From contig JAMPCO010000002.1 in NCBI GenBank assembly GCA_023666145.1, positions 2,023-66,022 on the forward strand: a stretch of 64,000 nt of DNA, in the 5' to 3' direction. The notes under the pieces were generated by a model that ran no database searches, had not been told where the DNA came from, and saw only the letters and a program-made list of their open reading frames with translations. The position numbers and the translations under genes are program-made. Source of the stretch: Prevotella sp. Its GTDB lineage: Bacteria; Bacillota; Clostridia; Christensenellales; UBA1242. This document shows, piece after piece, positions 39,301 through 44,812 of this stretch. Each line of letters begins with the position of its first letter. The stretch's first letter is position 1.

Positions 39301-41613
39301 TTCTGGCAAATCACGGGCATCAATCATATTGGTTTTGGTATTGCTGATAATTTTACCGTTGGCGTCACAAATTTGGTCAAATACGGCATAGGCACCCACG
39401 CTGGCACCTGGGGTATCAAGCGCAAATTCATAGGTAAAACCTTTCCGCACGTAGACAGTACGAACATAATCGTAATTTGAAGCATCATTGTCGGTGAGTG
39501 TTTGATAAATTTTACCTTTACTACTGCTGACAACCGACATGGACAAGGCTTCGACAGTCGGATAGACGCGAATATAAAAAGTGTAAGATTTTCCGTTGGT
39601 GTATTCAATTGTCATGGGATAATTTTTGTAATATTCGATTAAATCAATATTGTTAGCGGTAATGGTATAAGTCATATGATAATAACCCGAGATTCCCCAT
39701 TCATTGTTAAACGGAACCGAACGATCGCAAGTTATGTTGAACGGTAACTGGTCGCTGTTATCCGAAACTTTGGCAGTGTTCCAGAATCGGCTGTAAACAT
39801 AACTGATTTGGTTGTTGGCGTCGGTCATGGCATAGCGGCCATAGACATCAATGCTTTGCGTACTGAAAGATTGGTGTCTTGTATCATAAACCAATGCAAC
39901 ACCCCATGCGTCATCATCAAATTGGGCTAAATTATCAACTTGGAATTCGTCGATTGCGCTGGTGACATCCAGTTTAATATCGCACGTGGCTTTACCTTCG
40001 ACGGTCAATTCATACAGGCTTTTGACCCGTAAAGTCAAAGACGCGACATCCATGAAAGGCAGCGCAGCATCCGTTTGCGCAAACGACACCGCAAAACGGT
40101 TCAAATAATGGGCATAATAATTATCTTCCGCCTCCGACAACATCACCCAATCATCAACCACATCCGACCAATAACCGATTTGTAAAATGTCATACAAACT
40201 GATGTTACCGGGGTTGTCGGACGCCTTCCAACCATAGACGCCCGATTTTCCGTTCGGCTTGTCATCAACAACTTCCAATTCAAATTCAATCTCGGCATCG
40301 GCGTTAACTGTTTTACCATTACCAGTGTCTAACGTGAAAACGTCATAGTAACCACCTTGATTACCTTCATAATAAAAGGCGTCAAGGCTTTTTTTACTGG
40401 GAAGTAAGTTATATGATTCGGTACCGTAAATTGCAGTTTCTTCATCAAGATAAAATTCGTTGCGGACACGAATATAAATCGTGTCGCGCACTTGCACATT
40501 AGCGTCCGAAACATCATTAAAATAAATTTCTTTGTTATTGACTTTAACAATGGGATAGGCGGTGATGTTGATGGCTACTTCACCCAAATTCTTGACCGTC
40601 GACAACAAACGTTCGTACGGAGTAACCCCGCTGTCAACACGCACCATGGTTGTGTCCGCGCTTTTGATTTCAAAACCGTAATCCGAAAATTGCGATTTCT
40701 CACAATCAAGCGCAAACGTAAAAGTCGCACTTGATGTCTCAGTGCGATTAGCAATTAAATCCCAAATATTGTTGTACGCCGCAGTAGTTTCGGCTTTATA
40801 AGCGTCCGTATCTACAAGAATTTGGTTGACCGCAGGGAAAACGTAAAACGGGACGTCGAGCCAATCCTTCATGGCTGGCAATTTGGCTTGTAACGTAATG
40901 TATTGGTCGACACAAGTGGCTTGTTCCGTCACTCGCAAGAAACCATGTTCCAAGACCACACCCGGGTAATTTTGTGGTAAACGATATTCAACGGGAAATT
41001 TGTTCGGTGTGTAACTGCGCTCGTCGTCATCGGGATGCGCATAGAACAAAAATTTACTTAAAATTTCTGCTGAGGATAAATCCAAAGTGTCACCACCTTG
41101 GCGAATCCCGAAATGTGCATCTTGGGCAATTTGCATATCCTTCGCAATCATGTTGACGGTAACATTGACCGTCACAGTTTGTCCACCCGAACGTGACGTA
41201 AAGGTTATGGCGACGGGGGCACCACCGTTCCGTCCAGTAACGGTGAAAGTCGTTGAACCCGTTTTCTGCACTTCCTCGTCGGGCGTAACTTGCGTTACGT
41301 TGACAATTCCACTGCTAATTGAACTTTTGTTTAACTCTACCCCGCGGTCAGCCGTACTCGGTAACCCACCGACCGTAATCGTAAATGATGCCGATGAAGA
41401 CGCCGTTTCCACGATACGGAATCTTTTATCGGATGATGTATCTCTTTCCAGTTCGATTTCCAAAGTGATGTTTGGTTTATCGACAGTAATCGTATTATTG
41501 GCATAAACATCTTTTTGACGTCCCGAATTATTAAAGGCGAAAACAACACCAACAACCGCGGCAATCGCAATGATGCTGACAATGAATAAACCGACAAAAC
41601 CGCGTTTTTTCAA
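21352..41613 (-). CDS. Giant (6753 aa) membrane-anchored cell-surface protein. It has an N-terminal anchor, a varied beta-rich region, at least 11 tandem modules of about 210-265 aa, a GLUG-motif beta-helix region and a roughly 1400-aa C-terminal region.
   Basis: An uninterrupted 20,262-nt ORF. It has a TTG start with a GGGGGA SD 7 nt upstream and its own consensus promoter. The N-terminus is MKKRGFVGLFIVSIIAIAAVVGVVFAF. Repeated GG[LFV][VA]G-x-N-x-G-x-[IV] motifs are present. No LPXTG or C-terminal TM is seen. Confidence 0.9.
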   Translation of the reverse strand: MKKRGFVGLFIVSIIAIAAVVGVVFAFNNSGRQKDVYANNTITVDKPNITLEIELERDTSSDKRFRIVETASSSASFTITVGGLPSTADRGVELNKSSISSGIVNVTQVTPDEEVQKTGSTTFTVTGRNGGAPVAITFTSRSGGQTVTVNVTVNMIAKDMQIAQDAHFGIRQGGDTLDLSSAEILSKFLFYAHPDDDERSYTPNKFPVEYRLPQNYPGVVLEHGFLRVTEQATCVDQYITLQAKLPAMKDWLDVPFYVFPAVNQILVDTDAYKAETTAAYNNIWDLIANRTETSSATFTFALDCEKSQFSDYGFEIKSADTTMVRVDSGVTPYERLLSTVKNLGEVAINITAYPIVKVNNKEIYFNDVSDANVQVRDTIYIRVRNEFYLDEETAIYGTESYNLLPSKKSLDAFYYEGNQGGYYDVFTLDTGNGKTVNADAEIEFELEVVDDKPNGKSGVYGWKASDNPGNISLYDILQIGYWSDVVDDWVMLSEAEDNYYAHYLNRFAVSFAQTDAALPFMDVASLTLRVKSLYELTVEGKATCDIKLDVTSAIDEFQVDNLAQFDDDAWGVALVYDTRHQSFSTQSIDVYGRYAMTDANNQISYVYSRFWNTAKVSDNSDQLPFNITCDRSVPFNNEWGISGYYHMTYTITANNIDLIEYYKNYPMTIEYTNGKSYTFYIRVYPTVEALSMSVVSSSKGKIYQTLTDNDASNYDYVRTVYVRKGFTYEFALDTPGASVGAYAVFDQICDANGKIISNTKTNMIDARDLPEGWYECQVSLHAYSDAVYAENQTNITVYVIVVDPVGNVTLPLNVNLDGITDYYEITLDLSTLDGKTITDYQYLHIEPTLLNENVTVEQGSAENKFVITAKYLTDETFKVGFKIYKRYVFPEHDQLADNPPFEFDYIGGLTVDTNVTITNEKPNAITLTNGFNNNDALGNYLELVSTDGAITNAEVNFKTADDANYQAYGITYAKWKNGKYDLPAFTPVANNVNLNLEDCATARLDSVTGKVFITPTTGVSSLGTYALVIYARDSLRFVESVDDDDDDAVDLVLPDTYAFITLYIGSADEIDETIKELTSNNVHDANSGVRNNLGGYNWVLPTQNGSWTAALFYTPEDNATYNSQINANVYYIDDLYTVLGWAPLKANRFWFRKFVNGQQIGKDITLGESASLGDENEDGNKRLTLDLTFVFDSTGNGANYSDNTTTVYYELMAIGNATGSGMAMRFYAVKYIDTFEVSIRSESGNGLVSRKNLSPNEYTNAVDTVTMQRGNGFNFYTNLTDEYSNSGWQLANPDFTDAEAGRTEYVTYQGGTYTFHPYIALTDGVGLNATVDVFNLDALTATVKVNVKGGVNYLNIAQDSVTLDGMTTATYDLTVRVDQETWSSELLTYNFLYDGVYYRLFEDGKTVSYVNMEGGKAKLEFKLTCLNAANPVHSTDFYFIYYLKIEVAIVIVSPDVDPFYDISGARLLVQENLTGSPLVATKTPANDSATFNLYKQGIYNISMAHFADTSTVESNKSALTLASGQTDTGIIYLDDDAAGGILVVYPTPYYINVVNINLWTSQAHTENVLIGTDLTGKPIYDTVTYSIGFTQMIYNETEKYYQPYLSNSSTPKMVSAWSAAEGYKWNGRYYFKTYILCDTQVSNRLADGTRFGISVSIQGENNAKAIVETMILDAKYRDSFVITPDETTEDYAVCTMTQTQYQALGTTAVYDIALPSDCVPNYAGFTFNGIGTTTTLIELTYATVTINSVAQTLSVYLKADVAAIGASLEIRIPYRRPGDYVNPYLSVVIVPVYFEFDSMEVIGHYETRLQLTTRDELAQLKYRALFNYDTSLANSSLTEKMTTFNNSLLTSNLVSCNYETAGQVTVQMAYSYIGGVPVLTKNGTCRYARTFKYDVVETKPVDKRTEYVAVGTASTFTFYNWDALHVAKLYVNTDSDNANLAGFWDYDIKTQNRNTVTITVSLENRSATVTNNEAYKALIKAGKIVLNVYSTAASDPQLELTIVPVYFTFTDFKLQNNPVKPLIALTTPTALTVEAGGIVCADDSDVTTAINAFNTELLNAQNNLSNSTSLTFGRVPNDDGILNFNFDPSTREVTRADGAQPITATSYLLITAGVTYVNGAPTLDRNGTQIATYLPVRTFGSDTGETGDSSIDLPTAPNGRTRTVAQAVGTTVRYNIALSGVVYDSALDKYEIRTDGNYAWERNAGWNAVFNVKEGIVAVTLDPNTNLFDKVLSIMAYNQEGELMYVLNIIPAYFTVEQILLADHIDEVPVMIQTGVTNWLSKLNLDFASSRSNKAFDDFDYTSATNEFLTSLNSSGLVSRIDDAGFITLIAGVNYEGGVPRLTNLVNSATTIQNTYRYILIDGTPENTKAQALGQEVTYNVNRTFASIKYSTGKDAAGKETWQTFVRNSGAEWWVDRDSTNSRCIKVNLTETTNLIGNVIRLGIFVNNADAEPSYILNVIPAYYTVEGLTLAGQNNEDHDIRLYYGEEIDSPSDVIFDAVFGKYSANAFLNIPARLPEFTNKLQNTQANLIGRYYDTDLMAGDLLITVYLDYSTGEPTLVAASAADNAFVIRLDVEFTYTIYGKPATESEYPPMPSGPRTRTVVQAVGTTTSYTIDLAKSVSMNVDDLIFDDDKLQKRGWKVTLEDNVVTVELLPNAADILLKQDLVFNFYSGSDTVFVLTIQPVLFEVIGIETAYPEQPVKLIGYKDLVQDVVYRAVVKYNDAVTFDGESIINYIETFNSNLNTEKGGLVEIESDGQYLKIDLAVDYGMAGTLSRRVPTFLNVENNPLNVVESYIEYSLWEENNSATHYQAIGTTEYYHLGLDFADATVDEIHIYNGDNTEKDVSAETVTAEVVKYGSSYALKVYIAPNSGLLENRITFTIVHDDTTFTMTVKPVWFVVEGFDVVQHPERHMWLIVSDKSAEKVSDLLFRVRARYTTHGDAALQTAIQAQIDAFNQQLAVAGQGWTSLLETYTIGGEYLVVRAAVKYSDTGVANIVNLAIAKPTQIVRDVFQYARYSDQVAGFGMAYPNVPRSRTVALTIGYDAVYTLDSPKLPGGFSDEMIALFENNHAENADDDSAWKRYTNGSGAWMVKAIGGNQLRITLKPDADLVNRELKVFIYTNRGFVNNDPDSTDTDNVGFILTIRPVWFKVTGIALSGYPDDIISVDNIDTFMNEITNISSGKTFVPVFEYSDDVLKQTTENKDGAGDRLQAEMNAFTRQFTSSPYVSKTRTRENAQTYHFQITTAVSYVPYQGTASLTDETADRLWQTFKIVVKDDGVTNDEPYVREEYQGIGSTKTYYLDSTVMDGVTSLSDGTDYQVVNLEQNYVTIKLSSTATVDTPIEIALGADFTLKINPVYYEIVGFETVQHPERAVWVIAPYTTEDLEYRVLTSDISNLAATDLANVQAAIDALNANLNNGVAPVSITLDSNQYIIIDAAVNYDEKGYPVIVEITKDRRNVVESIIPYRVWSATQRPNPEHPSTMNTTSANQMIGSTKLYTLKNIKGQTYYQYIWVENAGSVVTPFENSADGTTLVYEGLSVMVNPSKNTLQIQLAANATYLSNTMRIYIPYLTNVNGKDVWYSHCIEITPLLFELTGWTIEGVGTTGLVQGKDDQNNVYDDYLLLTANSDERTIIQYVARINAFQTEDKAILRTIELAKKNLEYQAMDYLQIDVPSNHISLAGNVLQRYVDKQTKTENRVNFSSYIIYENGVPKLVASSKTLIANQISIATGYEENDWNKTIVGKLELSAGVDYAVQALGTSAVYLVELPNAAKIFIDRVTIVDQVTQKTLAIEGERANLVTIQSEVADNDTPTAMLTIDLAPVVKLREKVVEIKIPYATDANATEPNYVYSYFITPVLYVVEGFYLTEAEDNNLALTDSEVALELRVNASYADDVALRNMVNLALTSFETSVNNAIRNGTLQFDVVNASGGVNVRLESYGKLLWIQKISDLTALNYLESAIQFGYSAGMPKLGSVNPLTDAMVNLRIQVSTQQGETSYFPGWTNVTLGSTTQYLQSIGTSRNYPLEVNNLNVVFYYEYIQVFNGGLKRGTNEYESFAYNIINPGRQHLTLGFTLRTSAKNLNDWIDIRIPYTTFVEGKVVWSYYSLQIKPVLFEIRGWKLKVGDELVDAVTLDDSAVELYFSPEIISGPLNRSYYNYDELYYINSAINRLETEINTYDPKISDGYTYLVINNTAQEEHQVNYTIYRDSSNNTSYLLRDTADASTTIMQVSANIAYGVTDFSKEYAEGAQAVTAYANTTDAQRITSRIAINTTEKSVADSAGDRSTVFITQENASRLMALNSGVDYVLMSDIYLYKITELNNGAWKPVSFPKNATLDGNNYKIFFNSAGFDLSNLPTNIGLFTAIPAGSVVKNLQIVVEHGTINAPITTLEVNLDNYQSGTVNIGMLAGVNEGIVTNCAVLSEWQFNMQSLTELINPVTGTYFDDALPFNKDGYVFDDNYFYEIGLNDTGEPAIVNVYNNNGYGVTKNAVTGKWDQVVYDIYMNVANWITPDRTNVARYDGYSPIILNESVPMNSNSMARFYVYANNENLSVTLGGLVGTNAYMMTNSRVLIDVELYGPEHRTEIGASDEVSIYASSVGGVVGINSGTITSTYFRDGSVINNANANKLQDRVSLLGGFVGQNNGTIQQCYAMGRSTEREDNLNFISVAGAVKTIRNSLGGFVHLNNGTITDCMVNMVILKTGTEGAVGGFAYENTSSGRISNCIENNDINLQGGGTLDYYAPFVKINAGSDTSENVVTRNLSNLIYAGNTESISISDDWGDTLKRLSDNSSAKYSDINNYSGFSIGQTLDDDGAWGIAADNTIWMMTAVGPMLRAANDIAVSFRKYSWNSSPYLYNPGTAKNPYLVWDKDQFNDYVYAATAQATEADKNTESSLTDIETSRQNNHIRLVDNVALEGIQDTYKIIYTGTFEGNGLTMSGISLNTVTNDLATMGLFGKMEYATIRNANFEIGNINSTARYVGGLAGIAINTSFVDVNVTSSQVIKGSNIVGGFVGLNVITDSKVENYNLHSSVSVTANFHNGQSDIGAEPFSSGTEYTQQTLYSRVEAFNADYEQGFGTAGGVFGFITSNPNNYRVVDDKGNATIYRRQFNKEIIIKNAAGTIVQQAARSSQNSEASWFLKDKAGNVIDDRVTNGKGLYYTNQIILRNVSGATKDVSANVAGGLIGIMDETIELSQPALTSLSSLTGKYYLGGLVGINLGKISGGITKNVDGTTSTYTTMNLAQWTVLSSAGSSYVFRDAQTTDTANRFWGMTVGAVAGYNDGFNGNLNSGVIENLNVSVNVLSPSSSKLQYVIGGVVGVNGNYGTVTNALNTHSNFNRQIQVTSTQASNIGFYFGRIIGRSSLTTSSFSGSSTTKMNTLQLDFPYFGSQSYVSTTDFATTNYVYEGIENAFGVVGNTTYKKQTMTLDEYRSYLASAINNLDLVSRVEMLEPWLRSLPTTLSTTILNGQTVRVEKFTASAKNELLAWLTKNEIFEKWTYDRTALKNNVIDNYISYLEYSAVSTKPSNTESENEFVKNIATYRNNRYNMARELFTYQYQVSTSNNTIAGAQNADFTWRQYEDYLLLQANATAEKMTTTEYTNAYRAFKNLYGEKLADLVYPYGLIAEYKDKQNGYIYSHEDFVNLSKNFTETKRFTNQDPLQIYINYVVATDINNDTNEFQINNAWTMSLAQYYYYMAHIYGTDQTYEKTTYKVPADFAATGNEGYITYLYLNSQLESSSGQMLTVPEFIDMMKREQEIIMENETAWVKTGHLASDGGARISDIGAIKLGWASNGSDWTKYLKDQVQAENGVISLANNTTQWQALSNYMTAKSTLGLTITKYREMIGMGGTLYDLLQNYADDKYATDKYLFALKCEQYGWTTAQIEFIRQYYANGNTYDLQYALAATTDGVVLDTTANGNVRAVYQNSAQEVSSGGEWWNDTDSSGDVYTSGEPVGVWYLQALGEDSIFKNGDDIEYNFMSNHRIDLSAQNGLGAAMYLDVDGNKLFGTATHSSSGAESAVRKADSDILLLSECAANVADFYRLVTDDDNNSSWHYYKIVRQILPNDRTVTNADNEGSGNRSDYLEEALWWRAQGFTAAEFDQIKAHAMTQSVPTDAVVKNNNQYTVRSAGYTLADDWSYGFSGFVSEGFTTAEYVEIVLGAQYKDGTWNSTYFDYALFKKLLHAESVNESDIKGCVPSGTPYYYPFNNVLGVDSASTFMSNVADENELADALEFSSDRMAYLDLLRTKHTAANYIDWAQAENHYYTPGSGDTRTIKYFRLNHYIYLVKKDLTIDDDFTALDYRWVLDQTIRADIFYETVTQESRTTDLVAYRREWYNDDHDINDGKPFITYRDYCEWINVYAYDEQYRAARGDFAMETEVDGTTVEEENSSNGWLTLESFAVWKRMEKYENNVEYLAKLGKTAGQDPITAPIYKRQISTTVFPKIYSSGEQTVDETTGMVTDNKYVLPQMVYAGDLFPVEYYHWGKVKDYGELDDGYGWKGADYYENYKDSPMDDDHKRDVKDRYEYNERYTIWTIDRGLDVKKYRDDGKIGKDEFNESSTYIDQQKILANPTRYINDAKFAKTCDEWCGGKNNVYECKDTTHAAYQVRQWLGRYGWYICEKGDEHDIIKGQVILRLDESNFQDHKEIDHHNHYPHYGEYVQLYIPYDYFEKACKMIKSVYSKSNNYAGYTNYMKYWARNGSPDWICNTSEHSSGIDAEYQTLVQKTYLVTNFWNSYDGTKSPIDGKNLGQKANGF
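28700..36550 (-). repeat. Diverged tandem protein-module array inside the giant gene (boundaries approximate)
   Basis: Eleven occurrences of a strand motif x-P-[VAL]-[YWLF]-[FY]-x-[FVI]-x-G: IVPVYFEF, IVPVYFTF, IIPAYFTVE, VIPAYYTVEG, IQPVLFEVIG, VKPVWFVVEG, IRPVWFKVTG, INPVYYEIVG, ITPLLFELTGW, ITPVLYVVEGF and IKPVLFEIRGW. I located them at roughly nt 36240, 35600, 34860, 34230, 33560, 32930, 32180, 31545, 30850, 30045 and 29285. Each unit also carries an F-N-x-x-L helix and a QA-x-GT-x-x-Y strand. Confidence 0.8.
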
Positions 41614-41655
41614 ATGTTTTCCCCCAACGTTTTTCTTTTAACCTAGTATGTATAA

Positions 41656-41684
41656 ATTATATTTTTTATATGTCTTATCGTCAA
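41656..41684 (-). promoter_or_regulatory. Consensus sigma-A-type promoter of the 6753-aa gene
   Basis: Minus strand: TTGACG (41679-41684), 17 nt, then TATAAT (41656-41661). A 42-nt leader containing GTTGGGGGAA follows. Confidence 0.7.
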
Positions 41685-41699
41685 GTGAAAAACACGCGG

Positions 41700-43334
41700 C
41701 TAATAAAGTAAAACTTGATTTGAAGAATAAACACTCAAAGTGCTGTCGCGTTCATCGCCGCCCGAAACATTGATGTAATTGGCTTTATCGGCAGTGGCCG
41801 AACCATCATGTTCAATAATTTTCATATTCTTGTCGGTGTAACCGTATTTCGCACTGCTTTTGGCGGAACGCGCACCAAAAACGTATAAATCGAAGTTATT
41901 GCAACCGCTCGCTAACTCAATTTTGACATTACCCCAATCGTCGTGTCCGCTGACATAACCACCCGCTTCAATACGGTTTTCCGTACCAACAACTCTGTTG
42001 AACTTGGCATAGATATTGGCGGCACCTGCCCCATATTTACCATCACGCACTTGGATGTCAACTTTACCATTGATACCTGCTACGTTAATCTTGCCATCAT
42101 AGCCCAGGATTGTCACGCTGTGCGCGGTCGAACCTTGCATTTCAACGTTGATGGAAGCCCCGCCGACTTGGCAACTGTTGACCGATACATTGCCATTCAC
42201 ACCGAACAAATTAACTTGACCCGTGCCGTAATTATTGACAATCGCCGTCCCTGTGACCTTCTCGTTGACCGTCACCGTTGCCGTTGCGTCCGGATTATTC
42301 GCATTACCAGCGGCAAAATTCAATCCACCATTGTCAATCGTATCAACCCATAAATCGCCGTAGCGAGTGGTCATTGTGACCCCGTTTTCTACGTGATTCA
42401 CCGCAATATCCGCATGAGTGGTATTCACCGTTAACTTCTGCACGTCGTTCATAGTAAGACTGCCCGCTGCGTTTTCAAAATTCACCACACCAGAACGATT
42501 TCCATGGAAGTGATTGTTGTTACCATCTTTAATGGTAACACTGCCCCCGATACTGGAGTTAAAGGTTTGTGAACCATGCGAGCCAGTGACTGTGACGTTG
42601 CCCCCGATACTAGCGCTGAAAGTTTGCGAACCATGTGAACCAGCGACCGCAACGTTACCCGCTACAGGCGCTTGGCAAGTAAAATTGGTATTGTCGCTTT
42701 TAATGGTGACATTTTTCACGGAGATATTTTTGCTTGACGGAATGTTGACACTGGCAGCACTTTCCACCACCAAGTTACCAATGCGCAAGGCATCCGCATC
42801 TGTACTGCGGGTATCGACAAATGAAAAGTCCACCGCGCTGTAACGATTCTGTAGCACGAAGTCATAATTGAAATCATCGGTCGGGGCACGGTGTGGTAAG
42901 TTAATGTAAATTGTGGTCGGTTTTTGGTTAAAAACGATGCCCGATGGTTCCAAAACTTTCAGGCGGTAATAGAGTTCACCGTTGTATTGCGTTTGTGTCC
43001 ATTCAATTAAAGTCCGTGACAAACTGTTGAACGCAATCCCCGTGGCACTTTCGTTGACGACAATCGTGTTTTCACCCGTATAGTCCTGGTTCGACATTTT
43101 AACTTCAATTTTGGCACCCGTACTTTCTAAAATTAATTTACCATGGGCGAAAGCGTCAACTAAGGCGGTGTCACGGTAGACAATTTGCGTATCCCGTTCG
43201 TTCACGGATTTTGCCCCGAAGATGGTAGTGTTTGGGAAGATGAATAAAATACCGACCAACAGTCCTAACACGACCGCTGCCCCCAACAACACCAAACCGA
43301 TCGTAGCAATGAAATTGACTAACTCACGTTTCAC
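41700..43334 (-). CDS. Membrane-anchored beta-helix-like protein (DUF4097/putative-adhesin-like repeats)
   Basis: 544 aa with a GTG start. The N-terminal TM is FIATIGLVLLGAAVVLGLLVGILFIF. A long run of short G-x-[VI]-x-[VI] repeats follows, for example GNVAVAGSHGSQTFSASIGGNVTVTGSHGSQTFNSSIGGSVTIKDG, GNVSVNS and GKINVAGINGKVDIQV. Confidence 0.7.
   Translation of the reverse strand: MKRELVNFIATIGLVLLGAAVVLGLLVGILFIFPNTTIFGAKSVNERDTQIVYRDTALVDAFAHGKLILESTGAKIEVKMSNQDYTGENTIVVNESATGIAFNSLSRTLIEWTQTQYNGELYYRLKVLEPSGIVFNQKPTTIYINLPHRAPTDDFNYDFVLQNRYSAVDFSFVDTRSTDADALRIGNLVVESAASVNIPSSKNISVKNVTIKSDNTNFTCQAPVAGNVAVAGSHGSQTFSASIGGNVTVTGSHGSQTFNSSIGGSVTIKDGNNNHFHGNRSGVVNFENAAGSLTMNDVQKLTVNTTHADIAVNHVENGVTMTTRYGDLWVDTIDNGGLNFAAGNANNPDATATVTVNEKVTGTAIVNNYGTGQVNLFGVNGNVSVNSCQVGGASINVEMQGSTAHSVTILGYDGKINVAGINGKVDIQVRDGKYGAGAANIYAKFNRVVGTENRIEAGGYVSGHDDWGNVKIELASGCNNFDLYVFGARSAKSSAKYGYTDKNMKIIEHDGSATADKANYINVSGGDERDSTLSVYSSNQVLLY
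42541..42654 (-). repeat. Tandem 57-bp duplication (two copies, about three quarters identical) inside the beta-helix gene
   Basis: Copy 1 spans 42541-42597 and copy 2 spans 42598-42654, with 44 of 57 positions identical by my alignment. They encode GNV[AT]V[AT]GSHGSQTF[SN][AS]SIG twice. Confidence 0.8.
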
Positions 43335-43343
43335 GTTTCCAGT

Positions 43344-43736
43344 TTACCGCTTCTTACGGAAAAAAGCCACCAAAATGTTTTGCGCTGCGACGTTCGGTTG
43401 CAATTCGATTGGGGTCTCCCAATTCAAATTAGTGGTTGACCGTGCACCGATATAAACCTTTTGCAAACGGGCATTGATGATGGCCCCCATACACATTTGG
43501 CAAGGCTCCAAAGTTACGTACATTTCACAACCATTCAAACGCCATGACTTCAATTTACGGCACGCACGATGCAACGCGACAATTTCCGCGTGCCAAAGAC
43601 AATTACGCTTCCGTTCCCGTTGGTTGTAACCTTTGGCGATGACGTGACCGCCTTTGACAATCACACAGCCAATTGGCACTTCGCCCCGCCGTTCCGCTTT
43701 GCGTGCCTGTTCCACCGCCATCTGCATGAAATCCAT
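43344..43736 (-). CDS. tadA: tRNA-specific adenosine deaminase TadA
   Basis: HAEIVAL and LEPCQMCMGAI zinc motifs are present. I prefer the start MDFMQMAVEQARKA at 43736, which shares one base with the upstream stop (TAATG), over the track start at 43790. Confidence 0.85.
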   Translation of the reverse strand: MDFMQMAVEQARKAERRGEVPIGCVIVKGGHVIAKGYNQRERKRNCLWHAEIVALHRACRKLKSWRLNGCEMYVTLEPCQMCMGAIINARLQKVYIGARSTTNLNWETPIELQPNVAAQNILVAFFRKKR

Positions 43737-44812
43737 TACCAAGTTCCCCAAATCATCGACAGTACCGTTAACGCCGCCCCGATCACCCACACGACGGTGA
43801 ACAACGCCCGCTCCAAAGGTCGTGTCGGTTGTGGTTGGTCAAAAGTTTCCACGTACGCCGCAGTGGCTTTCCATGTTGATAAGGTTTGTAACGCCGACGG
43901 TAATGCCGCTTTTAATTTATCAAAGTCTTGGGCCGTGAATTGCTTTTGCGATGCCAAATAACGCACAGTATAAGTATCCAAATTACGGTTAAATTTGTCG
44001 CGCGCCATGTGGCGAATAATTTCACCAATTACAATCACAACCACAATTATGGTCAACACCAGGGCAATCCCGTTACCAAATAAAATCATAATGAGATTAC
44101 TACCTGGTAAATTAAGTTCTTCGGCATAACTCATGTACGTTGCCAACGCGTTGTTGGTGAAATGGACAATGATACTGCCCCACAGTGACCCCGACGCCAA
44201 CGCGGTCATCGCCATGAACCAACCCAAGATGGAGGCGTAAAAGAATTGTCCCGCGTTCATGTGCATTAAACCGAATAAAAGACTGGTCCACATGATGGCT
44301 TTCCGTACACCGAACTGTTTAATCAGCCCATTCATCAAAACCCCACGGTGCAAAAATTCTTCACAAATCGCTGGTAAGACAGCCGTCAAAATGATGGTAA
44401 TTAACAGACCTGTATAGCCCGTAAAAGCGTTATCACTGTTGGAATATTGGTAACCGAATGCTTGCAATAAGGTACCAAACACACTGGCGACAAAGATGTT
44501 CAAAAGGTACAAGCAGACCCCTAAAACTAAGCACAAGCAGACGTTTTTCACCGAGATACGGTGCCAGCCAACATCTTGTGTCACTTGCTTCAAAGAAATT
44601 GGTTCGTGGTTAATTTTTTGTGCCGACAGCAACATCAACAACGGGATACCGAACATCACCACAATTTGCGGTAAAACACTGCCAACAATTTCCAAGCCTT
44701 GGTCGGAGAGGTCGTCAAAGCACCCCAACGAACCCAAAACCTGTACCAACATTAACAACACAATCGCGGTTCCGTAAACAATGATAGTGATTAAATAACG
44801 ATTATTTTTCAT
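43736..44812 (-). CDS. CPBP-family (CAAX/Abi) intramembrane glutamic protease with a C-terminal extension
   Basis: 358 aa and polytopic. It carries the motifs EEFLHR, FGLMH and HFTNN. Confidence 0.8.
   Translation of the reverse strand: MKNNRYLITIIVYGTAIVLLMLVQVLGSLGCFDDLSDQGLEIVGSVLPQIVVMFGIPLLMLLSAQKINHEPISLKQVTQDVGWHRISVKNVCLCLVLGVCLYLLNIFVASVFGTLLQAFGYQYSNSDNAFTGYTGLLITIILTAVLPAICEEFLHRGVLMNGLIKQFGVRKAIMWTSLLFGLMHMNAGQFFYASILGWFMAMTALASGSLWGSIIVHFTNNALATYMSYAEELNLPGSNLIMILFGNGIALVLTIIVVVIVIGEIIRHMARDKFNRNLDTYTVRYLASQKQFTAQDFDKLKAALPSALQTLSTWKATAAYVETFDQPQPTRPLERALFTVVWVIGAALTVLSMIWGTW

Noticed and set aside
21396-41506. Dozens of plus-strand ORFs of 60-363 aa inside the giant gene (for example 21727-22818, 26227-26817, 30865-31425) and similar ones opposite the 2614-aa gene
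   Set aside because: They are antisense shadows of a continuous 20-kb ORF. Their translations are low-complexity (V/F/I/G/T-rich), they have no SDs or promoters, and they are mutually overlapping.
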